Notes under the pieces: model-generated
Databases searched by the model: none
What the model saw: only the letters and a program-made list of their open reading frames with translations
Told to the model about the DNA's origin: nothing
Translations under genes and position numbers: made by a program
Part shown: positions 51,801 to 64,000 of the stretch, piece after piece
Layout of the letters: the number at the start of each line of letters is the position of its first letter
Position numbering within the stretch: the stretch's first letter is position 1
Assembly: GCA_038087875.1 (NCBI GenBank)
Contig: CM075999.1
Coordinates: 1,366,001-1,430,000, forward strand
Source: Malacoraja senta
Lineage: Eukaryota
Length of the DNA stretch: 64,000 bases
Direction: 5' to 3'

Positions 51801-54800
51801 GTACGGTGATCGACTGTTTGTCCATCTATATCAATGATTTGGATGAGAACATACACGGCAAGATTAGCAAGTTTGCAGATGATACCAAACTGGGCAGTTT
51901 TGAAGATAGTGAAGATGGTTGCGAAAAATTGCAGCATGATCTGGATCAATTGGCCAAGTGGGCTGAGGAATGGTTGATGGAATTTAATGCAGAAAAATGT
52001 GAGGTGTTGCATTTTGGGAAGTCTAACATGGGCAGGACCTGCACAGTGAATGGTTGGGCTCTGGGTAGTGTTGTGGAGCAGAGGGATCTCGGAGTGCAGT
52101 TGAAACAATCAGCATAGGTTAAATTAAAACAAAGTTGAATTAACATGTGAAAGAAAAGATTTGAAGTATTTCTGGTCAGGCCAAGATCAAGAGGGACGAG
52201 TGGACACTTACAAACAATTTGTATGCTGACCAGAATGTTTCTTTAAATTTTAGGTAGCTACAGATTACTCATGCCCTTGTGAGATTTTCAGAATCCCTCA
52301 CAGAACACTGACGATTGGACTCTTCTCGTGCAGGAAGGAACTGCAGATGCTGGTTTACACTGAAGCTAGCTGCAAAATGCTGGAGTAACTCAGTGGGTCA
52401 GGCAGCATCTTTGGAGAGAAGGAATAGGTGACGTTTCAGTCCGGGACCCTTCTTCTGACTTGCGTCAGAAAGATCTACAAGTCTAAAGAACTACAAGTCT
52501 GAAGACTGGTCTCGACCCACAATGTCACCTATTCCATTTCTCCAGAGATGCTGCCTGACCGCTGAGTTACTCCGGCATTTTGTGTCTATCTTGTTAAGTG
52601 TTCATTAACATCAATACCCCTTTGTTTTCTCAAGCAGAAAGGAGTGTTATTGGAAAGAAGTGCAGGTGCATAGCTCCCTGAAGATGGAGTCGTGGGTAGA
52701 TCAGGTGGTCAAAAAGGCTTTTGGCACATTGGCCTTCATCAGCTTCTCTCTCTCTGCTTGAGAAAATGAAGGGTATTGATGTTAATGAACACTTGTCAGA
52801 TGATACTCTTAACTCAACTGCCATCCAAGCTCATGTTGTATGAAAGCAGTCAATTTTACAGTCAGTTAATGACAACATTACAGTTAACTATAAAGTCCTC
52901 AGTACCTTATCTGCTGGTGTTAATTTAGTCCAAGGCTTCTCTGCACGTCGATCATAGTCGTGAGCATCGGTCACTTCAACATACTCGTGGAACCGTAGGA
53001 TTTTTCTTGCCTGGAGTTCTGCCACCGTGGGTCTTTCACTGAGCTGGTTATCAGAGATCACAGTCACAAAACAGTGAAGGCTCACAATAGTCATTTAAAA
53101 ATTGCAGCATTTGCCAATGATCACAGTAGAATTTTCAAAATTGTGAAAAAAAGATCAAACAAATCATTTTGGAAATGCAGACAAAGGGAATAGGAAGAGT
53201 TACCCCTGTTCGTCCTTTTTATTTGGAGATTAATGGAGCAGCACAAGAAAAATATGAATAGGATTATGCCTTTTGATCCGCTGAACCTGCTCTAGCATTC
53301 AATGATAATGGCTGAGCTTCAAGGTCAACAGCACTTTCTATCCCTATATCTACATCCCTTTTTCCTCTAATATTCAGCAATAAGACCACAGAACATAGGA
53401 GCAGAATTAGGTCAATTCAATCATGGCTGATCTATTTTTCCCCTCTCTACCCCATTCTCATGCCTTCTCCCCGTAATCTCTCATGCCCTTCCTCATCAAG
53501 AAAAATCTAATCTCTGCTTTGAACGTGATTAATGATGAATCTCTACTGCCGTCAGGGATGCAATTTTCAAAGATTTACCGCCCCTTGAGTGAAGAAATGT
53601 CTAATTTCAGTCCCAATACCCTACCCGTAATTTTCAGACTTGATCCTTAGTTCTAAACTCCTCAGCCAGGGAAAGTACTGTCCCTACATTTGCCCCATGT
53701 ACCCTAGGAAAACTGTTCAGTGAGGCCACCTCCCAATCTTCTAAACTACAATGAACAGGTCAAGTTTATTAAACATCTCCTCACAATAGATACACTATCT
53801 TGGGGATTAATCAGGGAAATCTTTGCTGCACTCACTCTATACCAACATGGTACACAATGCTCCAAGCTCTTCAAGGCTATATAAAAAACTGTTAGAAGAC
53901 ATCCATATTGCTAAAAGATTTGAGTAGAAGAGCAAAGCTCAACACACTATTTGCCTATCTAGCTGAATCAGATTGTCAGCTTTAATTTTTTTTTTACAAT
54001 GACAGCAGTTCCCTTTGAATGTCAACATTTCTTAATATCTCAACATTTAAAAAAATCTCACCATTTCTAGTTTTTCTACCAAAGTGGATAACTTATTTTT
54101 TTTTCCTATCTTGTACTCCCTTCTGCCGCGTTTTTGCTCACTTGACCTATAGTCTCTGCATCTTTTCCCCGATTCACATTGACACTTAGTTTTGTGTCAT
54201 CAGCAAACTTGGAAATGCTACATCCAATCCCTTAAGTCAAATTGTTGAAATGGACTGTGTAGTTGGGACCCAAGCATTGATTCCACATTACCTCACCAGT
54301 CACATCTTGCAAGCCTCAGAAGGTCGCATCTATTCCTTTCCTTTGTTAACCAACTCTTAATCCACATTAGTTGGCATAATATCCCAAATGCCACACACTC
54401 TAATTTGTTCAGCAACCTCCTTAATTGGACCTTACAACACATTCATCTAACATGAATTATCTTTCATAAATCTAATGCTGACTTTTTTTTGGCATCTTGA
54501 TATCACACATCCATTACTGTACAACTTCATAAGTTCCCAGAGCAGAATTAGGCCATTCAGCCCATCAAGTCTACTTTGCAATTCAATCATGGACGATCTA
54601 TGTTTCCCTGTCAACCCAATTCTCCTGCCTTCTCCACATAACCCCTGACACCCTTACTAATCAGGAATCTGCCATTCTCCACATTAAAAAAATACATTGA
54701 CTTTTATCCATTTATTAGATTAAAGCTTTTTTTGCTATAGGATTTTGAAACATAACCAGATCATTCATTATCTCCACATCGGTCTTTCAAAACTCTAGGG

Positions 54801-57800
54801 AAATTTGACTGTTCCCATTCTCAGTCTCACGTTGATTCCAAGGCCTGTTATGGAAGCACACATACAAAAAAGGCTTGGTTTTCTCAACTAATATTAGGTG
54901 TAAAAGACCACAAACTCAAGTTGAGGAGTTAATGTACCAATCTAATTGCCGCACATTAGTTCTTAATGTAGACCTTCATCTAACCACCATCTGCCCACTT
55001 TATACTGTAGTACCTTTCTAGTGAGCCGCCTCTTGATTTCCCGTTTTTCTGCCTGGTGTTGTTCTTCATCTTTATCTGTAGAGGTAAAAGGGCAGTTATT
55101 TCATCTGTGCCATTACTCGAGCCGAGATCAGAAAAGTTGCCATTGTATTCAGTGCTGGTTACTCAATGAACATTGTTTTGTTATTTTGAACATTACATTG
55201 TTTTCACAAACATTTTATCCCAAGGGTTGCCTTGGGGTGTTTAACCAGGTTTAATCATGATTGTCATCTTCATCAAGTCTCCCCCCAACTACTTAACCTT
55301 TCTGATGACTTCTGAGAACCAACCTTTCGTCCTCAATCAAACTTTATGAACCCAAACTGAACTCTTCCCATTCCATGTTCAATGCCGTTATATTCCATTC
55401 CTCAGCGGTGCAATACTCATCGAGACCACACAGATAGCCGAGCATGTGATGGACCATTCGTTTTACTGACTGGACCATTGTATGATTGTACCTAGTTTAA
55501 TAAACGCAAGTACAATTCAGGTGCAGACCAGGAAGCTAGGTGGTGATAAAATGGTGGATCTTCCTTACCAAATCAACACACAGAAAATTATTTGAGTGAT
55601 TGTGAATAACAATCTGCTTCAAAAATAACAGAAACTCTGCAACAATCCAAAGCTGAAAGCATGCCTCTGATGCAGGAATATATTTGAAACAGGTTTTATG
55701 AAGAGGATGGGGTATATGCTGACCCTGACTATGAGGAGCATTTACAAGACCATACCCAGGGATATCATTTTGATTGTAGTAACTTTGAATCATAATACCA
55801 GACAAGTAATCTGTACTGCAATTTCATAGATTTTATCTATTATTTATCCCAATTGTTCTACAAGCATGAAGATTCTTAAAGAGTTAAATAATAACCAGTA
55901 ATAATCAAAACCACAACAACTTGTTTCCAATTACAGTTTGAACTAGAATTAGCATCTGGAAATGAAAAATGTACTAACATTTAAGGATATTCCTTTGCTC
56001 CAGTTCGTCCGCAGTTGGCCTTTGACTCAGACGCCTGATGGAATGGAAGATAAATTATTACTCAGGTCAGGTTCATTTGAAGTACGTTCAGTTTTAAAAA
56101 GCATGAGCAGCACCTTACACTTCATGTCACACCAAGTGGAACAAATGCTCAATTTGATCCTCTTTTTAAAACTGTGTCACAGCACCTGATAGTGACATGT
56201 TTAGTTTAGAGATACAACCTGGAAACAGGCCCTTCGGCCCACTGGGTCTGTACCAACCAGCGATCCCTGCACTGACACACACACGTGACAATTTACAATT
56301 TACACCAAGCCAATTAACCTACAAACCTGTACGTCTTTGGAGTGTGGGAGGAAACCGAACATCTCAGAGAAAACCCACACGGTCACGGGGCAATCGTACA
56401 AACTCCGTACAGCCAGCGCCCGTAGTGGGGATCAAACCCGGGTCTCCTGCGCTGCAAGTGTTGTAAGGCAGCAAGTCTACTGCTGCGCCACCATGCCGGT
56501 TACAACCGACCAACTGGAGAGCGGTCCTGAGCTACTATCTACCTCATTGAAGACCCTCAGACTATCTTCAATCAGACTTAACTGGACTTATCTTGAACTA
56601 AACGTTATTCTCTTTACATTGTATCTGTACACTGTGGAAGGCTTGATTGTAATCATGTATAGTCTTTTCACTGAATGGATAACACGCCACTAAAAGCTTC
56701 ACTGTACCTTGGTACACGTGACAATTAAATTAAATTAAACATTATGCATAGAGTGGCGGGTGCCTGGAATTTGCTGCCAGGGGTGGTCGGCAGAAGTAAA
56801 TACAATATTTCAGATACTTTTACAAAGGCACATGGTTAGGTAATGGAAGGATATGGATCACTGCAGGCGGAGGATAAAGCAGTTTTTTGTGCCTATGGAC
56901 ATCCTAATGCACTTTATATTTTACCTTAGTGAAACAGTGTAGTACTGAGGAGACTGGCAATGCTTGGATATCGAGAGTCATTCAGAATCCATATTTAAAA
57001 AATAAAACTTGAATAATAGAGCAGTTTTTTGTACCCAAGGACATCCTAACGCACTTTATACGATACAACTTTATTCATCCCCGGAGGCAAATAGCCAAAG
57101 AAGTACAATGAAATTCAGCCACTGTTGCTATGCAAGAAAATACAATGGCCTATTTATTTGCAGAAAGCTCCTGCAAAGACCACCCTGATAATTGATAGGC
57201 TATTTACTTTTAGTGCAGTTGGTTAAGATATAAATATTGGCCAAGACAAAAAGGATGTACTCAGCTGTTTTTTGAGCATCTCTGGGAGGTTTTACACGTA
57301 TCTGAGAGAACTACCAGGGCTTTTAATCTGATTTAGATCATAAAACATAACAGAATTAGGCCATTCGGCATCTCGAGTCTGCTCTGCCATTCGACCATGG
57401 CTGATCTATTATTCCCTCGCAACCCCATTCTCCTGCCCCCTCCCCAGAACCTTTGATACCCTTACTCATCAAGAACCTATCAACTTCCGCTTTAACAATA
57501 CCCAATGTCATGGCTTCCACAGCTATGGGTCCACCACTGATTTACTGGCACCCTTGGTTCCAGAGCCTGTCTGGATTATCTATATGGCAGCATTTCCAAA
57601 AATGCAGCAATGCCTTCATACTGCATGGCAAGTGTCAGTCCAGATAGTGAGTTCTTAGTAAGATCTCTGGACTGGGGGCTAAGATCAAAAACTTGAACTC
57701 AAAGTCTAACCATCAAGCCACAAGGCTCACTCAGTAGCCGAATATCCATTATATCATGCATTTTGTCATAGCAAGCAAAGAACCTGAGGAGGAAAAGCAG

Positions 57801-60800
57801 TGTTCTCTATAGGATGGAGTTGCCATTTCCTGGATGGGTGGAGCTGCCAGACAAGATGCTACACCAGCATTTAAAAGAAGTATGTACTACACCAGCATTT
57901 AAAAGAAACTTGGACAGCAAAGGTTTGGAAGGATATGGGCCAAATGCGGGCAAATGGGACTAGCTTAGAAGGGGCATTTGGTTCGGTATGGACGATTTGG
58001 GCCAAAGGGCCCGTTTCCGTACGGACAACATAGGAAATTGTTTAGCTGCACCCAACAAATCCAGAACTTGGGACGTGACACAAGGGTCATGAAACATTGA
58101 CAGATCCATCACTGGAGAAACACCATGCCACTATCCATCCCATTCATACGATTCCCCACCTGATGAGAGCTGTTCCAATCTTCTGTCGAATCTCGAGCCT
58201 CTCCCGATCAGACTGGCGAGGTAGTATGTTCTTCTCGATAAGTTCCTGCTTTGTAGGTCTGTTGCTCAGTTTAAGAGCCAAAGTATCTTTTCGCTTTACT
58301 TTATTGGCCAACGAACCTGCACACAATTTTAATAAAGAATGTTTAAAAACCGGTGTCCAGACTACAACTGACGAAAATTAACTAGATTCTTATGTACGTT
58401 ACTTTGTGGACACAACACGATATTTTTTAAATATCCAGATCATTATTTCAGGCAAGGCATATTAAATCTGCAAAAGGGCATATTTTATTCATTAGGCTGG
58501 GGTTATGGGTCTAGGTTTCAATACTAATTTGACATTTCCAACCTTTCATTGGTTGCTCATGTTGGTTTTAAGTTGGTGTGGTATGGTTTTACACAAATTA
58601 TTTGCATGTACATGGTTGAAGTTAGCGAAATAAATACGTACTGGGCTGATCATCTTCCTCATCCTCATCATTGTCATCCCTGTACAATACTGGACCATCC
58701 TCATCAGAGTCACTTGTATCTTCATCCTGTCTCACGAGCTCCGGAATGATAATGACTGTTGAAACTAATGTTGGATCATCTGCTTTGTCGAACCTCTGTT
58801 CTCCCTGTTCCTCCTCCTCTTCGTCCTCGGTGTTTTCATCATCAGAGGGACTGGTGATCAGGTTACAATACACAAGGTTAGCTATGTAATGAAAGTATTG
58901 ACCAGTGCCTTCCATGCAAAATGGCCACATGACTGTAATCATGTATAGTCGTTTCGCTGACTGGATAGCACAACAACAAAAACTTTTCACTGTACACATT
59001 CCAGTTGCAAACTAAACTGGACTTTAAAAATGCCTCAATATCAACAGAATTAACCATACAAGTAACATTAGGACAACAGAAGGATGAGCAGATTGACCAG
59101 AGAAATGAATTCTTACAAACAACACATTGTATTGAAGCAGCCAACTGGCCCAACCGTTCAATGCTAGTGTTGTACTCCACCCTATCCTCCTTACATCTCT
59201 TCCTCTAATCCCATCATTTTGCTTCTGCCTAGCCTTTCGTTTTAATCTGAATATATTTTAAATCTATATTTCTATATTTTCTTATGATATAGGAGGCAGA
59301 TATTCAACCTATTGAGTCAGTGCCACGCAATCTCCCTCCATTACTACTTCTTCCCTGCAATATATTCTCTGATCAACTCCCCGCAAGATTCTACTTCTTA
59401 CCATCACGTTAGGGACAAATTAGAATGGCACATTAACCTTGCACCATGTACACCCGTGAGATGTGTGAATTAAATATAGAAGGCATAGAAGCATGGTGGG
59501 TGTACAAGCTGCCAGACAATGTGGTTGAAGCAAATACCTCACCAGAATTTAATAGAAACTCAGATAGTAAAAGTTTGGAAGGATATGGGCCAAGTGCGGG
59601 CAAATGGGACTAGCTTAGATGACGCATCTTGGTCGGAGTGGACCATTTGGGCTGAAAGGCCTGTTCCTGTGATGTACGACTATGACACGAAGCATTAGAG
59701 TTGTGGAAGAACATAGAAAATTGTTTTGCTGCATCCAACAGATCCAGAACTTGGGACGTGACACTAGTATCATGAAAAATGGACAATTCCATCAGTGGAG
59801 CAACACCAGAAAAACACACAACGTTCTGGATAAACGCAACAGGTCAGGCAGCATCTCTGGACGGCAGCTATAGGTGATATCTCAGGTCGGGAGCCTTTAT
59901 CAGACTGAAACTAGATCTCAAAGCCAGTCTGAAGAAGAGTCCCGACCCCAAAAAATGCCTATCCATATTCTCCAGAGATGCTGCCTGACTCGCTGAGCTA
60001 CTTTGGCATGTTGTCTCTTTTTCTGGTGTGGCTCTAGTGATGGAATTGTCCATTTTTCATGAACCTAGTGTCACGTCTCAAGCATCTCAAGCATCCAAAA
60101 CTAACCTGCAGTTTCTTGTGTCTACACTGGAGCAACACTTTGCACTTTGAGAACAGAAAATGAAAATTGAGAACACTTATTGAATGAAAATCCGCACTCA
60201 CCATTTTAACTTCTCCAAGGTGACTTGCAACCCTTTGTTCTTACTAGCATCATCGAGGGCAATATCAAAAAGCTGCGACTTTGCTGTATTCGATCCATCA
60301 GCTGCAGTGATAACTGGTCGAGGGCTGCAGAGTGCTTGCTGTATCATTATGTGCAATGGAACTTGAGACTGCCGATTCGGGAGGATCTCGGCGTCAGACT
60401 GATGGCCAGACAAAGAATGAGGTCGCTGATCTGGTTCTTTCTCACGTTGTACATTGGTGTGAGAGAGTGTCAATGTGGGTGGAATAAGTTTGACCAGTCT
60501 GGGTGTGAAGGATTGCCGAGGGGCGGGTTCTGGGGCAGAAGGTGGGCGTGAAGGCAATGTCGGTGACGGCGCGGGAGCGTGCACTGATGACGGTACTTTC
60601 GATGGTAGCTGCACTCTCTCCTTGCTCTCGAATGCATTTTGGGTAGTGTTGTTTGGCTCGGTTACAGGTGGGTTGAAGCCTATCCTCCTGTGTGGCACTG
60701 GTGGCGAATTCTTACCTGGCAAATTCAAGCCAGGGGTCATGACGTGACTTAGCTCCGCTGAAAAAGAATTTTGTAAATGGATTTGGTGTTCCAAAACTCG

Positions 60801-62560
60801 CCAGCTTTAAACAATGCAGCACTATTCATTGCTTAGAAACATACGTTTTTTTTCCTGGTCAGAGCATCATGAGACTTTGTGTGTGAAACAAAGAGCAGGG
60901 CAACAGCTTAACTGGACAAAATAAAATATCCTATTGCAGACAATGGTGAACAGTGTATGAAAATATTAAATAGGATCATTCTGCTTAAGGTTGAACTTTC
61001 CTCTTAAATTTCCTACATTTGAGACTCTGTCTTGCAAGAACACAGGTTAGAAACATAGAAAAATAGGTACAGGAGTAGGCCATTCGGCCCTTCGAGCCAG
61101 CACCACCATTCAGTATGATCATGGCTGATCTAAAGTCAGTACCCCGTTCCTGCTTTTCCCCCCATATCTCTTGATTCTTTTAGCCCCAAGAGCTAAATCT
61201 AACTCTCCCTTGAAAACTTAAAAAAGTTAAACTTCATTTATACATACCTTCATGTCTCAAGCTCTTGCACCAACCAGGGACATGCGCAGACATCAGATTT
61301 ATGACATCAGAGAGACAACAAATTAGTAATGCTGCATCAAGATTGCAACATCGAGTGATGCTGCTATATGTGGACACTGGGTGACAGGGAGAGGCTGCTA
61401 CACAAACTCAGACATGCTTGTTACAATATTAGCTTCCCTGAACACAAGAAACCAAGATTGGAGGGGACCACATTTCAATTCACTCTCTTAACCCTCACTC
61501 AATTAGAATGAAATGGAAATACCTTTTAACTCCCAACTCCCTCCATCACAAACCTGACTATTTGAACTAATTTCATACTTAAAATATAATTTTCATTTTT
61601 CTGAATCAATTGTTCTCCTTACTTAAACTTTCACTTAGCAGCTACAGTTTGGACAATAAAACTGTGACACCTTCACTTGGCTAATATCCAAAATACCAAG
61701 TTCACAAGATGGATAACACACATTTGTTACCCTTACATCTTGTAAATATATACAATCACAACAAAATTATCAAGGAGTGGTGCCTCGAGATTTTTCATCT
61801 ACACCAATCAGCGTACCAAATCAATTGGAGTTCTGCCTTTAAAAAAAAGAATTAATCCTTGTTTGGTCATCTCAATCTTTCAGAAAATCTGTCTACTGTT
61901 CTTTGTGACAATTAAGCAGCTTGCAGTCAAGGCTCCCCCTTCAACAAAGTAAATGAGTGATCCAATTTCATTCAAAAGGGGAAAAAATAACTATCCATTG
62001 ACTCATCTTCAGTGATCAGTAAAGGGTACGATTCAGACAAATTGATCACAAATATATCCACCAGTAAATATCTGACAAATTAGTTTCTTACATTTGTAAA
62101 TCACTAATGAAGTAAATTACATTTGATATAACTTGTCATTTCAGTGTAAAATTCTACCTTCAACTTTTAACGCAAGTTGTGTAATGCAGAGTTGCATGCC
62201 TTGACTCACCATATAAAGGATTGCTATTCCGGTTGGGTTTTGGAGGTGGGATGGGAGGTTGCTTAGCAGGGGCCGTGGTGGTCGAGGTGACAGCTGTACT
62301 TGAAACAGTAGTGATCGTATTTGTAGTGGTGGCCAAAGATTGCGTGGTACTGGAGGTAGTGATAGAACAGGAAGTTGAAAAGGTGGAGATAATGGGAGAG
62401 ACATCCTTGGCATCAGTCACATTGGCTCCGGAATCTTCCTCCTGCCCCTCGCCTGTCTCCAGAGTGGGAGCTGAAATGGGTCTTTTGGGAGGAAACAAAG
62501 CCCGTCTCTGGTCACGCACGGGCTCCATTTCCGACAGTGGGCGTCTCTCCAAAGCCTCTG
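48802..62560 (-). CDS. PHACTR4: Phosphatase and actin regulator 4, 5'-partial spliced CDS; exons 62560-62210, 60757-60202, 58850-58642, 58316-58160, 56034-55979, 55075-55014, 53043-52906, 51370-51294, 48817-48802(stop)
   Basis: Phases consistent across all GT-AG junctions. Contains [10 protein letters not shown], acidic [13 protein letters not shown], three RPEL-type repeats ([30 protein letters not shown]) and the PP1-binding C-terminus [10 protein letters not shown]...[29 protein letters not shown]...TRFHRP*. Paralog choice rests on sequence features plus the known PHACTR4-SNHG3-RCC1 gene order in human. Confidence 0.93.
49368..49690 (-). mobile_element. Full-length tRNA-derived V-SINE (HE1-like)
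   Basis: Minus strand gggcggcacagtggcacagcggtagagttgc..., B box ggttcgattc, ctaaact tail. Confidence 0.88.
51294..51370 (-). CDS. PHACTR4: PHACTR4 penultimate coding exon
   Basis: [25 protein letters not shown]; cttacAG / GTAAAT. Confidence 0.95.
51779..52100 (+). mobile_element. Older CR1-clade RT fragment
   Basis: GVPQS...YINDLD...[10 protein letters not shown]...[16 protein letters not shown]. Confidence 0.88.
52906..53043 (-). CDS. PHACTR4: PHACTR4 RPEL/PP1-binding exon
   Basis: [46 protein letters not shown]. Confidence 0.96.
53390..54480 (-). mobile_element. Highly decayed CR1-clade LINE
   Basis: Remnants such as gtgtcatcagcaaacttgga (FADDT) and ccaaagtggataac; CR1-like 3'UTR near 53400. 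Confidence 0.7.
55014..55075 (-). CDS. PHACTR4: PHACTR4 exon
   Basis: [20 protein letters not shown]; ctacAG / GTACTA. Confidence 0.92.
55979..56034 (-). CDS. PHACTR4: PHACTR4 RPEL exon
   Basis: [19 protein letters not shown]; catcAG / GTTAGT. Confidence 0.93.
56198..56497 (-). mobile_element. tRNA-derived V-SINE (HE1-like)
   Basis: Homologous to 49368-49690. Confidence 0.85.
58160..58316 (-). CDS. PHACTR4: PHACTR4 RPEL exon
   Basis: [32 protein letters not shown]...[10 protein letters not shown]. Confidence 0.95.
58642..58850 (-). CDS. PHACTR4: PHACTR4 acidic exon
   Basis: [14 protein letters not shown]...[26 protein letters not shown]; caccAG / GTACGT. Confidence 0.9.
60202..60757 (-). 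CDS. PHACTR4: PHACTR4 proline-rich exon
   Basis: AELSHVM...SPPVPHRR...[16 protein letters not shown]...; ctttttcAG / GTGAGT. Confidence 0.88.
62210..62560 (-). CDS. PHACTR4: PHACTR4 Thr/Ser/Pro-rich exon
   Basis: ...PPKRPISAP...[24 protein letters not shown]; acceptor cAG (NAGNAG), donor GTGAGT. Confidence 0.85.
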
Positions 62561-63111
62561 CTGGATAATAATATTGAAAGTAGACATATCAAGCAGAGAA
62601 AGCATTAAACTAGCAAAGCAAGGACACACGAGAAAAACAAGCATAAAATACAAAACTAAACACAACTAGTTTGGTTGCGAACTGACAATGTATGTGGAAA
62701 AGAATGGCTTTCACTAAAAAACAGACATGGAAATGTAAAGGATGAGGTAACACTTTGCTCTGAATCTTTTGAATTCCAACAATGGAACAAAAAAATTATT
62801 TACAAAATCATTATAATGTCCCTTTTAGGACTATGCGTAGTTTTTCAACTGGATAACAATCTTGTTTCATTGCCCTTTCCCTTTTATTTAGGGTGGGAGG
62901 GAATGGGTGGCGTTGATCTATTTTAAAATCAATTTATTTTAAAATCAAGCCAATATCCAGGCAGAAACCTGGGTGCTAGGTAACAGTTTGAAAGGGACAC
63001 CAAGTTGGTCAGAAACCAAGATCTTGAGGAACATAGAAATATACAGAACTTGCTGAGTTCAAGACCAACATTTTCAGTTTGATAAATTGACCAAAAGGGT
63101 TTGGTAAGTAG

Positions 63112-63689
63112 TAGTCAAGTCAAATCAGGTCAAGTTTATTCGTCACATACACATACGAGATGTGCAGTGAAATGAAAAGTGGCAATGCTCGCGGACTTTG
63201 TGCAAAAAACAAACAAACTACAAACAGAATGGAACAGAATCACATATTCTTTTACATATTAAATATTGTGGGCGGAAGGAAAAAGGGGGGAAAAAAACAG
63301 CAATTAAAATAAACCCAGTAGAATGGTACAGTAAAGTGAGTCCCTAGTGAGATAGGAGTTTACAGTCCTAATGGCCTCTGGGAAGAAACTCCTTCTCAAC
63401 CTCTCTGTTCTCACAGCATGGCAACGGAGGCGTTTGCCTGACCGTAGCAGCTGGAACAGTCCGTTGCAGGGGTGGAAGGGGTCTCCCATGATCTTATTGG
63501 CCCTGGAGTTGCACCTTCTGATGTATAGTTCCTGCAGAGGGGCGAGTGTAGTTCCCATAGTGCGTTCGGCCAAACGCACTACTCTCTGCAGAGCCTTCTT
63601 GTCCTGGGCAGAGCAATTCCCAAACCAGATTGTGATATTTCCGGACAAGATGCTTTCCACAGCCGCTGAGTAGAAGCACTGGAGGATCC
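63112..63689 (-). mobile_element. Rex1/Babar-type LINE 3' fragment
   Basis: ESILSGNITIWFGNCSAQDKKALQRVV...LLRSGKRLR...RRSFFPEAIR; aataaa then (cttga)n tail. Confidence 0.88.
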
Positions 63690-64000
63690 AATCAGTAGTA
63701 TAACATGATTAAGGAAGTTGGCCATACAAATTATTTTTTGTATGCTCAAGTCAAGGAGGATCTATATTAAACTGATTGAAGAATCTGGAAAAATATGTCA
63801 GGAGAAAACAAGGATCTATCTAGAATGGTTTTCAGATTTCTAAATCAGATTCAACTGCTGAGTAGACCAAGCACTGGACCAAGCTCAAAAAGTATTTACC
63901 CAGTTCCTAGTTTATAGTTATGAAATTTGGAAAAATATCTGTGGGTGGGAATAGGTCAGTACCCTGCCACTATAAGCTGTTTTACTAATGTAAGGCTGGC

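Noticed and set aside
56878..57909. Short direct repeats (gcagttttttgt...gacatcctaa twice; ctacaccagcatttaaaagaa twice) as an array
   Set aside because: Only two copies each; ordinary local duplications, not a CRISPR-like or regular array.

Overview
Vertebrate genomic DNA. The repeat content (HE1/V-SINEs, CR1, Rex1/Babar, Penelope-derived elements) points to a cartilaginous fish, probably a skate or ray (inference). Three transcription units lie in tandem on the minus strand. (1) The 3' part of PHACTR4: 9 coding exons at 62560-48802, ending RFHRP*, with a ~2.8 kb 3'UTR. (2) A non-coding, TATA + 5'TOP-initiated multi-exon snoRNA host gene at ~37599-31160, positionally equivalent to human SNHG3/U17HG. 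It carries three intact intronic U17/SNORA73 H/ACA snoRNAs and a fourth decayed copy, and the ORF track shows none of it. (3) The 5' part of RCC1: CpG-island promoter at ~26000 and 7 coding exons at 23765-511, running off the left edge. Almost all long ORFs in the ORF track are retrotransposon fragments or their antisense shadows. Other highlights are many Penelope-derived short repeats with a minimal hammerhead-ribozyme core, a 1.2-kb tandem duplication coupled to a microhomology deletion in a CR1, several fold-back inverted repeats next to exons, and two unassigned structured-RNA candidates in the host gene introns. All splice models were read by eye from GT/AG signals and phase; no searches were run.
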